From: Mobula hypostoma
Taxonomy: Eukaryota
DNA: 64,000 nucleotides
Assembly (NCBI RefSeq): GCF_963921235.1
Contig: NC_086097.1
Location: forward strand, 213,840,001-213,904,000
Reading direction: 5' to 3'
The position numbers were made by a program, and so were the translations under genes. Below, piece after piece: positions 60,300-64,000 of this stretch. The notes under the pieces are model-generated. The model ran no database searches. It was not told where the DNA came from and worked only from the letters and a program-made list of their open reading frames with translations. How positions within the stretch are numbered: position 1 is the stretch's first letter; each line of letters begins with the position of its first letter.

Positions 60300-62514
60300 G
60301 TGAACCTAGGGTTGAGGTTCTGAACTGGAAGAAGGCCAAATTTGAAGAAATGAGAAAGGATCTAAAAAGTGTGGATTGGGACAGGTTGTTCTCTGGCAAA
60401 GATGTGATCGGTAGGTGGGAAGCCTTCAAAGGAGAAATTTTGAGAGTGCAGAGTTTGTATGTTCCTGTCAGGATTAAAGGCAAATTCAATAGGAATAAGG
60501 AACCTTGGTTCTCAAGGGATATTGCAACTCTGGTAAAGAAGAAGAGGGAGTTGTATGACATGTATAGGAAACAGGGAGTAGATCAGGTGCTAGAGGAGTA
60601 TAAGAAGTGCAAGAAAATACTTAAGAAAGAAATCAGGAGGGCTAAAAGAAGACATGAGGTTGCCTTGGCAGCCAAAGTGAAGGATAATCCAAAGAGCTTT
60701 TACAAGTATATTAAGAGCAAAAGGATTGTAAGGGATAAAATTGGTCCTCTTGAAGATCAGAGTGGTTGGCTATGTGCAGAACCAAAGGAAATGGGGGAGA
60801 TCTTAAATAGGTTTTTTGCGTCTGTATTTACTAAGGAAACTGGCATGAAGTCTATGGAATTAAGGGAAACAAGTAGTGAGATCATGGAAACTGTACAGAT
60901 TGAAAAGGAGGAGGTGCTTGCTGTGGAGGAAAATTAAAGTGGATAAATCCCCGGGACCTGACAGGGTGTTCCCTCGGACCTTGAAGGAGACTAGTGTTGA
61001 AATTGCAGGGGCCCTGGCAGAAATCTTTAAAATGTCATTGTCTGCGGGTGAGGTGCTGGAGGATTGGAGAGTGGCTCATGTTGTTCCGTTGTTTAAAAAA
61101 GGATCGAAAAGTAATCCAGGAAATTATAGGCCAGTAAGTTTAACGTCGGTAGTAGGTAAGTTATTGGAGGGAGTACTAGGAGACAGAATCTACAAGCATT
61201 TCGATAGACAGGGACTTATTAGGGAGAGTCAACATGGCTTTGTGTGTGGTAGGTCATGTTTGACCAATCTTCTGGAGTTTTTCGAGGAGGTTACCAGGAA
61301 AGTGGATGAAGGGAAGGCAGTGGATATTATCTACATGGACTTCAGTAAGGCCTTTGACAAGGTCCCGCACGGGAGGTTAGTTAGGAAAATTCAGTCACTA
61401 GGTATACATGGAGAGGTGGTAAATTGGATTAGACATTGGCTCAATGGAAGAAGCCAAAGAATGGTAGTAGAGAATTGCTTCTCCGAGTGGAGGCCTGTGA
61501 CTAGTGGTGTGCCACAGGGATCAGTGCTGGGTCCATTGTTATTTGTCATCTATAGCAGTGATCTGGATGATAATGTGGTAAATTGGATCAGCAAATTTGC
61601 TGATGATACAAAGATTGGAGGTGTAGTAGACAGTGAGGAAAGTTTTCAGAGCCTGCAGAGGGACATGGACCAGTTGGAAAAATGGGCTGAAAAATGGCAG
61701 ATGGAGTTTAATACAGACAAGTGTGAGGTATTGCATGTTGGAAGGACAAACCAAGGTAGAACATACAGGGTTAATGGTAACGCACTGAGGAGTGCAGTAG
61801 AGCAGAGGGATCTGGAAATACAGATACAAAATTCCCTAAAAGTGGCGTCACAGGTAAATAGGGTTGTAAAGAGAGCTTTTGGTACATTGGCCTTTATTAA
61901 TCAAAATATTGAGTATAAGAGCTGGAATGTTATGATGAGGTTGTATAAGGCATTGGTGAGGCCGAATCTGGAGTATTGTGTTCAGTTTTGGTCACCAAAT
62001 TACAGGAAGGATATAAATAAGGTTGAAAGAGTTCAGAGAAGGTTTACAAGGATGTTGCCAGGACTTGAGAAACTCAGTTACAGAGAAAGGTTGAATAGGT
62101 TAGGACTTTATTCCCTGGAGTGTAGAAGAATGAAGGGAGATTTGATACAGGTATATAAAATTATGATGGGTATAGATAGAGTGAATGCAAGCAGGCTTTT
62201 TCCACTGAGGCAAGGGGAGAAAAAAACCAGAGGACATGGGTTAAGGGTGAGGGGGGGAAAGTTTAAAGGGAACATTAGCGGGGGGCTTCTTCACACAGAG
62301 AGTGGTGGGAGTATGGAACGAGATGCCAGACGAGGTGGTAAATGCGGGTTCTTTTTTAACATTTAAGAATAAATTGGACAGATACATGGATGGGAGGTGT
62401 ATGGAGGGATATGGTCTGTTTGCAGGTCAGTGGGACTAGGCAGAAAATGGTTCGGCACGGCCAAGAAGGGCCAAAAGGCCTGTTTCTGTGCTGTAGTTTT
62501 TCTGTGGTTTCTAT
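60300..62514 (+). mobile_element. Young 5'-truncated CR1 LINE with a long open RT frame
   Basis: ORFs 60350-60937 and 60876-62366 (496 aa) joined by one frameshift; all CR1 RT motifs present; endonuclease missing; CR1 tail. Confidence 0.93.
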
Positions 62515-62579
62515 AAGTATTAGCAACACTGATTATGTTGGGATGAGATTCAATTAGGCACATTCAAACTCCAGTACAT

Positions 62580-63260
62580 AGAGTCATTAAGTCATAGGAT
62601 CGTTCAGCATAGAAACATACTCATCAGACTACTGTCTCTGTGCCAGCCATCAAATACTTTTCTGTGCTAACCCTGTTGCTCAACACCCAGCCCATTGCCT
62701 TCTCTGCAGTGCAACAAGTGTTTATCTAAATATGGCTTGACTTCCAGCCACCACTTCAGGTACTGGCTTCTAAGTTTCAAATGACCTGCGTGTGAAGAAA
62801 TCTTTGTCAGATCCCTTATCTCTTAGTTAAACCCATGCCCTCTGGTCATAAGCTCCTCAGCTAAGAGTTTTCCATTAGGTTTCTCACTATCTGGATCTAA
62901 GTTTCTCAAAATTTTGTATATCACTGTCAGGTCGCCACTCAGCCTTTTCCACAGCCAAAGAAAAGAAAACCGGTCAAGTCTCTCCTTATAGCTGAAGTCC
63001 TCTGTCCCAGACATCCTGAATCCCATCCCATCCAGTGCAATCACATCCTTTCCATAACATGGTGACCTGAACCACACATAGTACTGCAGTGTTGGCCTAA
63101 CTATTGTTTAATGTAGTTGTGTCATAGCCTCTCTGCTTTTCAATCTATGCCCCAGCTAATGAAGATAAGCATACTGTATGCATGCTTTCTTAATCATCTT
63201 ATTTATTTGTGCTTCTTCAGAGACAGAGACATCAAAATCCCTTTGTTCCTGTGTATTCTA
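62580..63260 (-). mobile_element. Old decayed CR1 3' fragment
   Basis: SYKERLDRF..GDLTVIYKILR..TRGHGF. Confidence 0.7.
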
Positions 63261-63284
63261 TATAATGCTAACAGTTATTGTTAT

Positions 63285-63843
63285 GACATGTCTATCCACG
63301 GCCTCCTCTACTGTAAAGATGAAGCCACACTCAGGTTGGAGGAACAACACCTTATATTCCGTCTGGGTAGCCTCCAACCTGAGGGCATGAACATCGACTT
63401 CTCTAACTTCCGCTAATGCCCCACCTCCCCCTCGTACCCCATCTGTTACTTATTTTTATACACACATTCTTTCTCTCACTCTCCTTTTTCTCCCTCTGTC
63501 CCTCTGAATATACCCCTTGCCCATCCTCTGGGTACCCCCCCCCGTCTTTCTTCCCGGACCTCCTGTCCCATGATCCTCTCGTATCCCCTTTTGCCTATCA
63601 CCTGTCCAGCTCTCGGCTCTATCCCTCCCCCTCTTGTCTTCTCCTATCATTTTGCATCTCCCACTCCCCCTCCAACTTTCAAATCCCTTACTCACTCTTC
63701 CTTCAGTTAGTCCTGACGAAGGGTCTCAGCCTGAAACGTCGACTGCGCCTCTTCCTATAGATGCTGCTTGGCCTGCTGCGTTCACCAGCAACTTTGATGT
63801 ATTTTGCTTGAATTTCCAGCATCTGCAGAATTCCTGTTGTTTG
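63285..63843 (+). mobile_element. Penelope-like 3' fragment (GIY-YIG C-terminus, 3'UTR, terminal repeat)
   Basis: DMSIHGLLYCKDEATLRLEEQHLIFRLGSLQPEGMNIDF; perfect 12-bp TSD agttattgttat at 63273-63284 and 63844-63855. Confidence 0.92.
63709..63744 (+). ncRNA. Minimal type I hammerhead ribozyme motif in a Penelope terminal repeat
   Basis: agtc-CTGACGA-agg(gtctcag)cct-GAAAC-GTC-gact: stem I agtc/gact, intact core, 3-bp stem II, loopless ACGT stem III. Confidence 0.7.
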
Positions 63844-64000
63844 AGTTATTGTTATATCCTAGCCTTATTAACACCATAAACACAGGAGATTCTGCAGACA
63901 ATGAAATAGCAGACAAACTGAATAAGTATTTTGCATCTGTCTTTGCCCATGAGGCTGATTAACAAGTTGCGAGCCCATGGTGTTACAGGAAAGATACTAT

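Noticed and set aside
1..64000. CRISPR arrays, prokaryotic operons, endogenous virus genes
   Set aside because: No regularly spaced repeat-spacer array, and no env or non-retroviral viral motifs seen.

Overview
Eukaryotic, repeat-dominated genomic DNA. The mix of CR1 LINEs, Rex1/Babar LINEs, Penelope-like elements, tRNA-SINEs and Gypsy LTR elements suggests a cartilaginous fish, probably a ray; this is an inference. I found no intact host protein-coding gene, RNA gene or CRISPR array. Nearly every long ORF in the track is a decayed retroelement ORF or its antisense shadow. Family calls rest on recognised protein motifs and remembered consensus features, not on a database search, and boundaries without a target-site duplication (TSD) are approximate. 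The most notable structure is a shuffled LTR-retrotransposon nest at about 33.5-51 kb. Gypsy element A carries an internal deletion-inversion-deletion and nested insertions. Chromovirus C has its 5' half (LTR+gag) inverted and displaced from its 3' half (pol+LTR), yet the halves still share a 4/5 TSD match. Other points of interest are minimal hammerhead ribozyme motifs in Penelope termini (including a palindromic terminus-only insert with a 12-bp TSD), three RTE-dependent non-autonomous elements, and one candidate minus-strand exon.
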